Positions 9,087-16,438 of a DNA stretch of 37,524 bases are shown piece after piece. Position numbers and translations under genes: made by a program. Source of the stretch: a virus (Duplodnaviria > Caudoviricetes); the IMG/VR virus record IMGVR_UViG_3300035533_000068, positions 1 to 37,524 of that record; one strand, written 5' to 3'. The notes under the pieces are model-generated. The model did no database searches, was not told the origin of the DNA, and saw only the letters and a list, made by a program, of their open reading frames with translations. Position 1 is the first letter of the stretch. Every line of letters starts with the position of its first letter.

Positions 9087-9491
9087 ATGCGAGAATACTT
9101 GTTTACATCCCGGCAGTTTACCGGTTATATGAAATTTGGCTACGACCAGGAAGGCGTGTTGGTAAAATTTGAAAACAATGCCGTGCTTTCCGATCTGCAA
9201 CTTCGGTTTCTTTCGAATAACTTTCCTTTTGCCCAAAGCGATTTGCCCAAAATAGTAAACAAGGGCAAAATTGAAGAGTGTACCGACCTTACATTTGAAC
9301 ACTTCTGGAACGAGTATGGCCATAAAAAGGATAAGATAATGGCCGAGAAGTACTGGCGCAAAATGACCGATGCCGAAAAAGCAATAGCTATTGCTGGAAT
9401 AAAAAGGTACCGGTATGATTGCAAAATGCATAACCGCGAAATGGTATATGCTATTCGTTATTTGCGAAATAAACGTTATATGGATGAATAA
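9087..9491 (+). CDS. Hypothetical protein with helical C-terminal domain (FEHFWNEY...YLRNKRY) resembling phage replication-associated domains
   Basis: Motif resemblance and operonic spacing. Confidence 0.55.
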   Translation: MREYLFTSRQFTGYMKFGYDQEGVLVKFENNAVLSDLQLRFLSNNFPFAQSDLPKIVNKGKIEECTDLTFEHFWNEYGHKKDKIMAEKYWRKMTDAEKAIAIAGIKRYRYDCKMHNREMVYAIRYLRNKRYMDE

Positions 9492-9497
9492 ATATTT

Positions 9498-9557
9498 TAA
9501 CAAACCGAATATGTTTAGTGCGGAGCGGAGCGGAGCATTGAACATGATTCGGAGTTA
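9498..9557. other. Long imperfect hairpin with attC-like geometry
   Basis: TAAC...CCGAAT-ATGTTTAGTGC-(GGAGC repeats)-GCATTGAACAT-G-ATTCGG...GTTA. Confidence 0.45.
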
Positions 9558-9590
9558 GCGGGAGTTTTGACAACCATAAAAATTACTATT

Positions 9591-10001
9591 ATGCCGATAA
9601 AGCCCGAAAATAAGAAACTTTACCCGCCCAACTGGGATCAGATATCATATGATATCCGAACCAACAGGGCAAAGGGCCGTTGTGAAGTGTGTGGTGTAAA
9701 AAACCACAGCATTATTAAGCGAAACCCTGATGGCACCTTCCGGTATATAAACAGTGTTGACTGGGACATGATAAACGCCCGCATAAAGTGGAACTCTTCT
9801 AACCTGTCTGAAAGTTTGCGTTACCATGGCTTTGTTCGTGTAGTGCTAACCGTGGCACATTTAGACCACAACCCGGCAAACTGCGATTACAATAACCTGA
9901 AAGCTATGTGCCAGCGTTGCCATAACCGTTACGACAGACACCACCGGAACCAGACCCGCCGAAAAAGTAAATTAAAAGGGCAATTAACTATTAATTTTTA
10001 A
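9591..10001 (+). CDS. HNH endonuclease-like protein (start moved to ATG 9591)
   Basis: YPPNW, CEVC, LTVAHLDHNPANC, NLKAMCQRCHNRYD. Confidence 0.85.
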   Translation: MPIKPENKKLYPPNWDQISYDIRTNRAKGRCEVCGVKNHSIIKRNPDGTFRYINSVDWDMINARIKWNSSNLSESLRYHGFVRVVLTVAHLDHNPANCDYNNLKAMCQRCHNRYDRHHRNQTRRKSKLKGQLTINF

Positions 10002-10049
10002 CTAATTTTAACTACCGTTTAAACCAATATTAATCTAAAATTAAGTGTT

Positions 10050-10613
10050 ATGAAAAAGTTTTTTAAAGTATTAATGTATGTGATTTTAGGAATCATAGGA
10101 TTGTTTATTATTCTTTTTATTGCTACCATTTCAGGTAACTCTGATTATGAACCTTTACCAGAAAAAGAACTATCTCAAGCAGAAAAGGATAGTATTGCTA
10201 AAATTGAATTAACTGAGAAAATTGATGAATTGGAGAAGCAAATTGAATACCAAGAGAATTATACTTGGGATGCTAATAATTTGTTGCATTATTATGAGCA
10301 AAATGAAGTGAAAGCTGATAATAACTTCAAAAACAAAAAAGTTTATATTAAAGGGAAAATACAAGATTTTGGCAAAGATGTAGTAAATAGGCCTTATATT
10401 ACAATTGGGTTATATGATTATGTATCTTCTGTACAATGTGTATTTCCTGAAAATTCATCAAGTGTTATAGCTGAATTACAAAAAGGTCAAAATGTTGTTG
10501 TCAAGGGAGTATGTAAAGGCAAGCTTTTAAATGTGTTATTTGAAGATTGTGAGTTGATTAAAGATGTCCCTGAATTAAGAAAAGAATTAAGTAATTTGAA
10601 AAATCAGATTTAA
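10050..10613 (+). CDS. Membrane-anchored OB-fold protein (tRNA_anti-like family)
   Basis: N-terminal TM helix; YEQNEVKADNNFKNKKVYIKGKI and LQKGQNVVVKGVCKG. Confidence 0.75.
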   Translation: MKKFFKVLMYVILGIIGLFIILFIATISGNSDYEPLPEKELSQAEKDSIAKIELTEKIDELEKQIEYQENYTWDANNLLHYYEQNEVKADNNFKNKKVYIKGKIQDFGKDVVNRPYITIGLYDYVSSVQCVFPENSSSVIAELQKGQNVVVKGVCKGKLLNVLFEDCELIKDVPELRKELSNLKNQI

Positions 10614-10625
10614 TAGTTATATTTG
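10595..10625 (+). promoter_or_regulatory. Promoter of the antirepressor unit
   Basis: TTTG 10595-10598, 19-bp spacer, TATATTTG 10618-10625. Confidence 0.75.
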
Positions 10626-10685
10626 TCCTTGGATTACAGATTTAACACAAGGGCAAAATCCTTGAACAATGTTATTTAAAATAAA

Positions 10686-10773
10686 GCAAAGCTGCTATGG
10701 TGGTGCGATTCGAAAGATAGCACTGGTTCAACGCCCGACGTTAAACTGTAATCCACACCTAAGGCAGCTTTGC
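10686..10773 (+). ncRNA. C4-like antisense RNA in the antirepressor leader
   Basis: Closing stem GCAAAGCTGC/GCAGCTTTGC, inner GAAA-capped hairpin, and segments complementary to both upstream and downstream sites. Confidence 0.6.
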
Positions 10774-10801
10774 CCGTATTATTAACTTAAATTCTTTTAA
10801 A

Positions 10802-11647
10802 ATGGATTACAAAAAGAATGAACAAAAAAACGGACTGGAGTTGTTTAATTACAACAACAGTTCAATTGCCTTCCGAACATCGGACGGTAAAGTAATGGTA
10901 AATGCCACGCAAATGGCTAGAAATTTTGGTAAGCAACCAAGTGATTGGACTAAGACTAAACAGGCAGGTGATTTACTTAAAGCGATGCAAATTAAACGTT
11001 CGGAAAATATTCCGAACGGTAAATTAATTGAAGTTGTACGTGGAGGTAATGCAAAATATCAAGGCACATGGATGCACGAAGATGTTGCCTTACTTTTTGC
11101 CCAGTGGCTAAGCCCTGAATTTTACCTGTGGTGTAACGACAGGGTTAAAGAAATGCTTTTAAAAGACAGCCAGCCTAAAGAAATTAGCCGGAATGCAACC
11201 GATTACCCCGAAAATACAGTAATAACTGTTAAAATGGGTAAACTCTCTAACCAAATTTACATCAAGGGCGGAGTTATTTATGCAAAATTTAGCACTATCG
11301 CTAAGGCTATGGGCTATGAAACACAACCTAATTATTATTTAAAACGCTGGGGTAATAATAACAGTTTAAAAGTTGCCATTGGCAAACACGAAGCATGGTT
11401 TATTAACTCCACAGCTTTCGACCAAATGGTAAAACTCCGCAACAATATTCCGTTTACTACTATTGCCACTATTTATAGAGATCTGTTTAATATCGAAAAG
11501 CAAACCGATGGCGATGAGAATCCTTATACTTACCAGTATACCGACCGTGAAATGCTGGATGTAATTACAGCTTTAAACCAAAAACCCGTGCACAAAGAAA
11601 AGGTAATGAGTCTTTTACTGGGTGGTAAGAAAGGAGGTTTGTTATGA
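10802..11647 (+). CDS. KilA-N domain antirepressor-like protein
   Basis: VMVNATQMARNFGK and QGTWMHEDVALLFAQWLSPEFYLWCN. Confidence 0.9.
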   Translation: MDYKKNEQKNGLELFNYNNSSIAFRTSDGKVMVNATQMARNFGKQPSDWTKTKQAGDLLKAMQIKRSENIPNGKLIEVVRGGNAKYQGTWMHEDVALLFAQWLSPEFYLWCNDRVKEMLLKDSQPKEISRNATDYPENTVITVKMGKLSNQIYIKGGVIYAKFSTIAKAMGYETQPNYYLKRWGNNNSLKVAIGKHEAWFINSTAFDQMVKLRNNIPFTTIATIYRDLFNIEKQTDGDENPYTYQYTDREMLDVITALNQKPVHKEKVMSLLLGGKKGGLL

Positions 11648-11856
11648 TAACTTTTAACGGAAAAAACGAGTATATTATTACAGCAAAAGGCGATACCAGC
11701 GAATATCTTGCTACAATGCGGGCTATTCTGAGATTGGTTGCCACTCGCGATGAAGATTATAATACCCGCGAGGCGGTTTATTTTGCATTAAATTTAGTGG
11801 ACGAAATGCTCCCGGATGAACATCAGCTCGATGAGCTGAAAAAAATCTCGTTATAG
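11644..11856 (+). CDS. Hypothetical protein coupled to the KilA-N gene
   Basis: ATGA overlap; ends just before the terminator. Confidence 0.65.
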   Translation: MITFNGKNEYIITAKGDTSEYLATMRAILRLVATRDEDYNTREAVYFALNLVDEMLPDEHQLDELKKISL

Positions 11857-11861
11857 ATAAG

Positions 11862-11892
11862 AAAACCCTGACATTTATCGTCAGGGTTTTTT
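11862..11892. terminator. Bidirectional intrinsic terminator between convergent operons
   Basis: Perfect stem AAAACCCTGAC / GTCAGGGTTTT with A and T tracts. Confidence 0.85.
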
Positions 11893-11894
11893 AT

Positions 11895-12443
11895 TTATTG
11901 CATGGTTTCAATATCCGGCGGAGAAGGGATATCAGCTTTTGTTTTGGGTTCAAAATCTTTGGTGTAATCTTCCAATTCAACGTTATCCAGCTTCCCTTTG
12001 GTTAACGAATCATCAACTTTGTCTATAAAGCAGCGGTAGCTTACAATGTGATAACGAAAGTAAGGTGTTATGGCAGGCCTTTCGCCGGCATAGCTCAATC
12101 CTGATGTATTGTTTGCACGTAGATGGTTAAGTATATATTTACAGGTGGCAATCATGTTCAAATATTCAATATTTTCCGACAATCGGTCAGAAAAATTTTC
12201 CGTTCCGGCCCCGGGATATTGCAAAATATGAAAATCAAGTGTCAGCAAACTGGGTTCGTTGCTGTTTTGCTCGGTAATTTCCCAGCTTATGAAGATAGAT
12301 GGAAAAAATATCTCAAATTCCTCCGGTCTGTCAGTTTGCCCGTAGTTAATATCAATTTGCTTAATGGCCGGCAACCCTTTGTCGGTAAAAACAGCTTTGT
12401 TGTTATTAAATGTTTCAACTATTTTTTTATAAATTGTTTCCAT
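11895..12443 (-). CDS. Putative tail-completion/terminator protein (Mu gp37-like)
   Basis: IDINYGQ...FPSIFISW pattern; located after the gpG-like gene. Confidence 0.5.
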   Translation of the reverse strand: METIYKKIVETFNNNKAVFTDKGLPAIKQIDINYGQTDRPEEFEIFFPSIFISWEITEQNSNEPSLLTLDFHILQYPGAGTENFSDRLSENIEYLNMIATCKYILNHLRANNTSGLSYAGERPAITPYFRYHIVSYRCFIDKVDDSLTKGKLDNVELEDYTKDFEPKTKADIPSPPDIETMQ

Positions 12444-12471
12444 ATTTTATCAAATTTCAAATTTACTAGTT

Positions 12472-12972
12472 TCAAATACCTTTTATTGCCCGCATTATTT
12501 CAGCAGTTATCAGCCTTTGTATTCGTTTTTCCAATATAGCTGAGCTGCCTATAAACTGTCGTTGCGGAATGTGCTGGTTAATAATCCTGGTAAAGCTTTC
12601 AACTTTATGTCCGTTGCGAGTATGCGCACGTACGCGTTGGCTTACTCGTCCGCGAAAACCTTCGTTATGTATCCGGGCATAAGGCACATCGGTTCCTATT
12701 TTGGCCATATCTTTATCTACATACGTAGTTCTTATGCTTCGGCGTAACCGGCCGCTTTTAACCAAAATTGCTCGTTGCGAACTTCGGCGGCTTTCGCTTT
12801 TTATTGGTTTCCTTTTTTTCCACGGGTGGGTGGCTGTATCAACCCAGTTTTGTTGTTTAAAGCGCTCTTTGCTAAAATTAACTGCTTCGGTAGCAGCGCG
12901 CCTGGGCAGGGTATCAACTGTCCGGCTAACACGGTCTAATAAATCATAATATTTGTTTAATCCATGAACCAT
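12472..12972 (-). CDS. Virion morphogenesis protein (Mu gpG-like); start moved to ATG 12972
   Basis: ILVKSGRLRRSI, VPYARIHNEG, IPQRQFIG. Confidence 0.88.
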   Translation of the reverse strand: MVHGLNKYYDLLDRVSRTVDTLPRRAATEAVNFSKERFKQQNWVDTATHPWKKRKPIKSESRRSSQRAILVKSGRLRRSIRTTYVDKDMAKIGTDVPYARIHNEGFRGRVSQRVRAHTRNGHKVESFTRIINQHIPQRQFIGSSAILEKRIQRLITAEIMRAIKGI

Positions 12973-12973
12973 T

Positions 12974-14986
12974 TTAATATGATAATTCAGTATTACGAAC
13001 CACACGCATCAGCATTTTTGAGAACCACTCTTCCAACTCCTGAGCATCCATTCTTTGAAGTGTTGTATTTTCAGTATTAATATTGCCTTTATTCAAAGCG
13101 TCAATATTTATGGTAATATTACGAATTTGTTTGGCACTTCCGGTAATTTTATTGATGCCCAGGTCTTTTTGTGTAGGAATACCTCCATTGAGCGAATTAG
13201 GGGCTTCGTTGTTATCTGTTGAAAAAGGACTTACCTCTGCATCAGAACTTTCTTCTTCATCAGATTTCTTTTTCCAAGCATCATTCCAAATATTTTTAAG
13301 CTTAACTTCGCTTAGCTTCCTTTCCATGTAGTAAGCTGTTCTATTAGCTTCTTGTAGCTTTTTTAATTGTTCCAGCTCTTGTGATGCATCAGTTACTATA
13401 TTTTTTGTTAATGCTTCTTTAGCACCTGAAAAATCGCCTTGAAATGCTAACTTTATAGCTTGACCTACATTTTTAAAGAGTCCTTTTATATATTGTCCAA
13501 AACTCTTAAACTTTAATTGCAATTTTGTTATTCCAAAGGCAATTGTATCTCTTAAAAATTCCCAATCCCTTTTAGCTGATTCCCATACAATGTTTATTGC
13601 TTTTTTTACATGCTCCCATTTTTTAACCAAAATTGTAACAAGTCCTACTATGCCAACTATTAACATATATATAAGGCCAAAAGGGTTCTTTTTTGCCACA
13701 GCATTAAAAACAAGCATAGCTACTTTTGCTGCTCCTAAGGCTCCAACCGTCCATTTTACAGAAGTTGTAATTGTATCAAGGTTTGCCCAAACAAATTTTA
13801 GAACGTTATTAAACTTTTCAAGTGTAACTACCCATAATGGAAGGAATTTTTCTCCTATTCTTTCCATTATCGTTCCTAACCTGTCTCTTGCCATGTTGGA
13901 CAGAATGGTAAAATCACCTTTTGCGTTTTCCATGGCTTTGTCCAGGTTAAAAGCAGAATCATCATAGGCTTCTAACGTATTAAAAAAATCATCGGCCCCG
14001 GTTTTTAATTTTATAAATAAGTTTCTCAATCCTTCGGGTCCGCCAATTTTTGCAATTATGGCATCTATTTGTTCGGAAGTCATTCCCTTAAACCGTTCGG
14101 AGGTTTCTTTTAGTACATCGCTTAAATTACGCATATTGCCCGTAGCATCATACATAGATATGCCCATGGATTTTAATCCTTCAATAGTTCCTCGCTGGGT
14201 TAGCCCTTCGAAAGCTGTTTTTGTCATGGTAGCGGCTGTTCTGGAATCTTTTGCAATAGAAGTAAATGCAGCAAATACCTTATTGGCTGTATCGAGGCTC
14301 TGCCCTGCTCCTGCTGCAGCTCCCAAAAATTCAGTTTGATATTGTGCCAACTCTTTAAATGTGGTAATACCTACCTGTACGGTTTTGGCGTTGCTATCCA
14401 GCATGGCATCAATATCCTGCACGCCCAAACCCATGGCTTTCATTGCTTTTACAGTTTGGTTTACGGCATCGGGCAGCTCAGCACCAGTGGCAATAGAAAA
14501 TTTTCCTACTTTCTTGGTTATATCGGCCACATCCTGTCCGTACAATCCTGTAGCTGATTGAATGTCGTAAAAAGCTTTAGCAGTATCTTTGCTTGAAAGG
14601 CCTACATCAAAAGCTACATCTCTAACCTTAGAGCGGTATTTATCCAGCTCTTCGTTCGATTTGTCTAAGTTAAGTTGCCGGATATTCAAAAATTCGTGAT
14701 TAAATTCCGCAGCCCGTTTTGTACTATTGGTAAATGCTACGCCAAGCCCTACCACTCCGGCAGCTAATAGAACATACGGATTTTTCAACATTCTTAATGC
14801 TTTATCGAGCAATGGCACTTCGTCCCGCATAGCCCGGAATGCTTTTATATGGTGATTTTTCCAATCGGTAATATTTGATTTTATTTCATTAACATTTTGA
14901 TTAACAGCTTTTTTTGCTTTTGCTATACCGCTTGTTACACGCTCTTTCATTTCAAGTATCAGCTCTATCTTTGCCTGTCCGGTCAT
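12974..14986 (-). CDS. Tail tape measure protein (TP901-family core)
   Basis: AFYDIQSA, TVQVGITTFKELA, MGISMYDATGNMRNLSDVL; hydrophobic segments (NPFGL); C-terminal ITINI. Confidence 0.88.
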   Translation of the reverse strand: MTGQAKIELILEMKERVTSGIAKAKKAVNQNVNEIKSNITDWKNHHIKAFRAMRDEVPLLDKALRMLKNPYVLLAAGVVGLGVAFTNSTKRAAEFNHEFLNIRQLNLDKSNEELDKYRSKVRDVAFDVGLSSKDTAKAFYDIQSATGLYGQDVADITKKVGKFSIATGAELPDAVNQTVKAMKAMGLGVQDIDAMLDSNAKTVQVGITTFKELAQYQTEFLGAAAGAGQSLDTANKVFAAFTSIAKDSRTAATMTKTAFEGLTQRGTIEGLKSMGISMYDATGNMRNLSDVLKETSERFKGMTSEQIDAIIAKIGGPEGLRNLFIKLKTGADDFFNTLEAYDDSAFNLDKAMENAKGDFTILSNMARDRLGTIMERIGEKFLPLWVVTLEKFNNVLKFVWANLDTITTSVKWTVGALGAAKVAMLVFNAVAKKNPFGLIYMLIVGIVGLVTILVKKWEHVKKAINIVWESAKRDWEFLRDTIAFGITKLQLKFKSFGQYIKGLFKNVGQAIKLAFQGDFSGAKEALTKNIVTDASQELEQLKKLQEANRTAYYMERKLSEVKLKNIWNDAWKKKSDEEESSDAEVSPFSTDNNEAPNSLNGGIPTQKDLGINKITGSAKQIRNITINIDALNKGNINTENTTLQRMDAQELEEWFSKMLMRVVRNTELSY

Positions 14987-15001
14987 TTTTTACTGTTTTT
15001 T

Positions 15002-15033
15002 ATTGATTTTTCAAAAAAGTTGTTATATATTTG
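15002..15033 (+). promoter_or_regulatory. Promoter opposite to the morphogenesis operon, driving a short RNA
   Basis: ATTG 15002-15005, 20-bp spacer, TATATTTG 15026-15033. Confidence 0.6.
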
Positions 15034-15037
15034 TATT

Positions 15038-15095
15038 GGTTAGGGATGCGTCCCAGACCTCCCAAAAAAGGCAGTTGTTTATAGCTGTCTTTTTT
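15038..15095 (+). ncRNA. Candidate ~58-nt small RNA convergent with the MuF-nuclease gene
   Basis: GGU..GGGA-UGCG-UCCC..ACC hairpin followed by a terminator; no ORF; promoter immediately upstream. Confidence 0.5.
15064..15095 (+). terminator. Plus-strand-specific intrinsic terminator
   Basis: GGCAGTTG-TTTA-TAGCTGTC followed by T6. Three G-U pairs on the plus strand become A-C mismatches on the minus strand. Confidence 0.65.
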
Positions 15096-15097
15096 GT

Positions 15098-16333
15098 TTA
15101 TAATCCAAAATCTTTTCTATTATATATAAATAATTTATTATTATCATCAATTATCCAAAGTTCTAATATATTTTTGTTATGATTAAGTTGTCCTTTTATT
15201 ACATTTTTCATTTTATCGTTAAAATTAGTTCTTAATTTAAGAACCATTTTATTGGCTTGTTTGCCTGCTCTTCTTATAGCATTTCTAACAGATGTATTTG
15301 ATGTACCGGCTAATTTTAGTTCAAATAATCTATTATTTGTTAATGAATCAGGATTTTTGCCTTTGATAAAATCATCAGTTCCATATATCATTTTACGAAT
15401 TTTATCATCTTTCTGTCCTAATATCGGTAATAAATCAACATTACAATTATTATCGGCTAATATTTTTGAAATCATAATATTATCTTTCATTTCTTTTGTC
15501 CCGTGCAGCAGATGCATTTTTACTCTTCCATTTTCTGCAGTATAAATATCTTTATATGCTGCATCGGGCGGCAAGTAATGGATAGCTTTTCGTAATGTAT
15601 TTTGAGGTATACCATTATAATATGGGTGTCCTTTCGGATATACCAATCCTGTTTTTGCCAAATTTGTTTCAAACATTTTTGGAATGCGGACATCTGGAAT
15701 TTCTTCTGTTTCCTTGGCATAGCTGGAAGCTATCTGGTTCACGCTGCAACGGCATCCCCACCCATTGGGAGGATAATACCTGTCCCAAAATCGGTCGGTT
15801 ATCTTTTTTACAATCCCGTCCAATAGCTGATGCTCATCTCTTACGTTATTATCGCCTACCGTGTCATACTGCAAATAGGGCATAATGTCCGCATTCTTTT
15901 CGAAATCGTTCCATCGTGCGGCCATGGTGCTGGCACCAACTGCCTGGTTATATTCTGTTCGTAACCAGCGGCGGTATTTTTCATCATCCAGTTTGGCGGC
16001 ATCTCTGAAATCTTCGAAGCTCCGCAATTTGCCTGTTTCATCTTTTAACAGCAAACTCATATCTCTGAGTTGCTGGTAATCTTTAGCAGCTGCAAATTGC
16101 CAGGTATCACGTGTTAACCGGGTAAGCATTGCTGCATCGGGAGTATCAAAATCAACCTGGGCAAATGTTTGTCCAAATCCTGCGGTTACCTGGCTTTCCA
16201 ATGCCGTACCGATATGTTTCAATAGTTTGCTGTCAATGTCTCCTGCGGTAATATTCCCGGCATATACATCTTTTATAATGCGGGTAACTTCACGTTTTAT
16301 TTTCAAAGTTACCGATGCCGGAAGGTCATCCAT
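15098..16333 (-). CDS. MuF (gp30) minor head protein with C-terminal CdiA-CT-like PD-(D/E)xK nuclease extension
   Basis: MuF motifs WLRTEYNQA, YDTVGDNNVRDEH, YYPPNGWGCRCSV. C-terminal NPD...FELK...AIRRAGKQA. Confidence 0.85.
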   Translation of the reverse strand: MDDLPASVTLKIKREVTRIIKDVYAGNITAGDIDSKLLKHIGTALESQVTAGFGQTFAQVDFDTPDAAMLTRLTRDTWQFAAAKDYQQLRDMSLLLKDETGKLRSFEDFRDAAKLDDEKYRRWLRTEYNQAVGASTMAARWNDFEKNADIMPYLQYDTVGDNNVRDEHQLLDGIVKKITDRFWDRYYPPNGWGCRCSVNQIASSYAKETEEIPDVRIPKMFETNLAKTGLVYPKGHPYYNGIPQNTLRKAIHYLPPDAAYKDIYTAENGRVKMHLLHGTKEMKDNIMISKILADNNCNVDLLPILGQKDDKIRKMIYGTDDFIKGKNPDSLTNNRLFELKLAGTSNTSVRNAIRRAGKQANKMVLKLRTNFNDKMKNVIKGQLNHNKNILELWIIDDNNKLFIYNRKDFGL

Positions 16334-16384
16334 AGCTGCAGGATGCTTTTCACCACAATGCGGGCAAACATCAGCGTAAAGTTC

Positions 16385-16438
16385 GGGCTTATGTTTGGCA
16401 GTAATCGTTGCCCCCGGATTACTGCCTACCGAAAATTT
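16385..16438 (-). other. Putative -1 programmed frameshift signal joining portal and MuF
   Basis: A_AAT_TTT (16438-16432) in the portal frame, 5-nt spacer, perfect 10-bp stem (16426-16417 / 16406-16397); the -1 frame is open into MuF. Confidence 0.7.

Noticed and set aside
10686-10773. tRNA gene
   Set aside because: Multi-stem fold, but lacks canonical D/T arm spacing and a CCA context; complementarity to flanking sites fits an antisense RNA better.
15038-15059. Small-RNA hairpin as a tRNA gene or anticodon arm
   Set aside because: No cloverleaf or T-loop motif, and the loop is 4-6 nt rather than 7.
15252-16079. Short ORFs overlapping MuF as possible immunity genes
   Set aside because: All are nested antisense or out-of-frame ORFs with no recognisable motif or expression signal.
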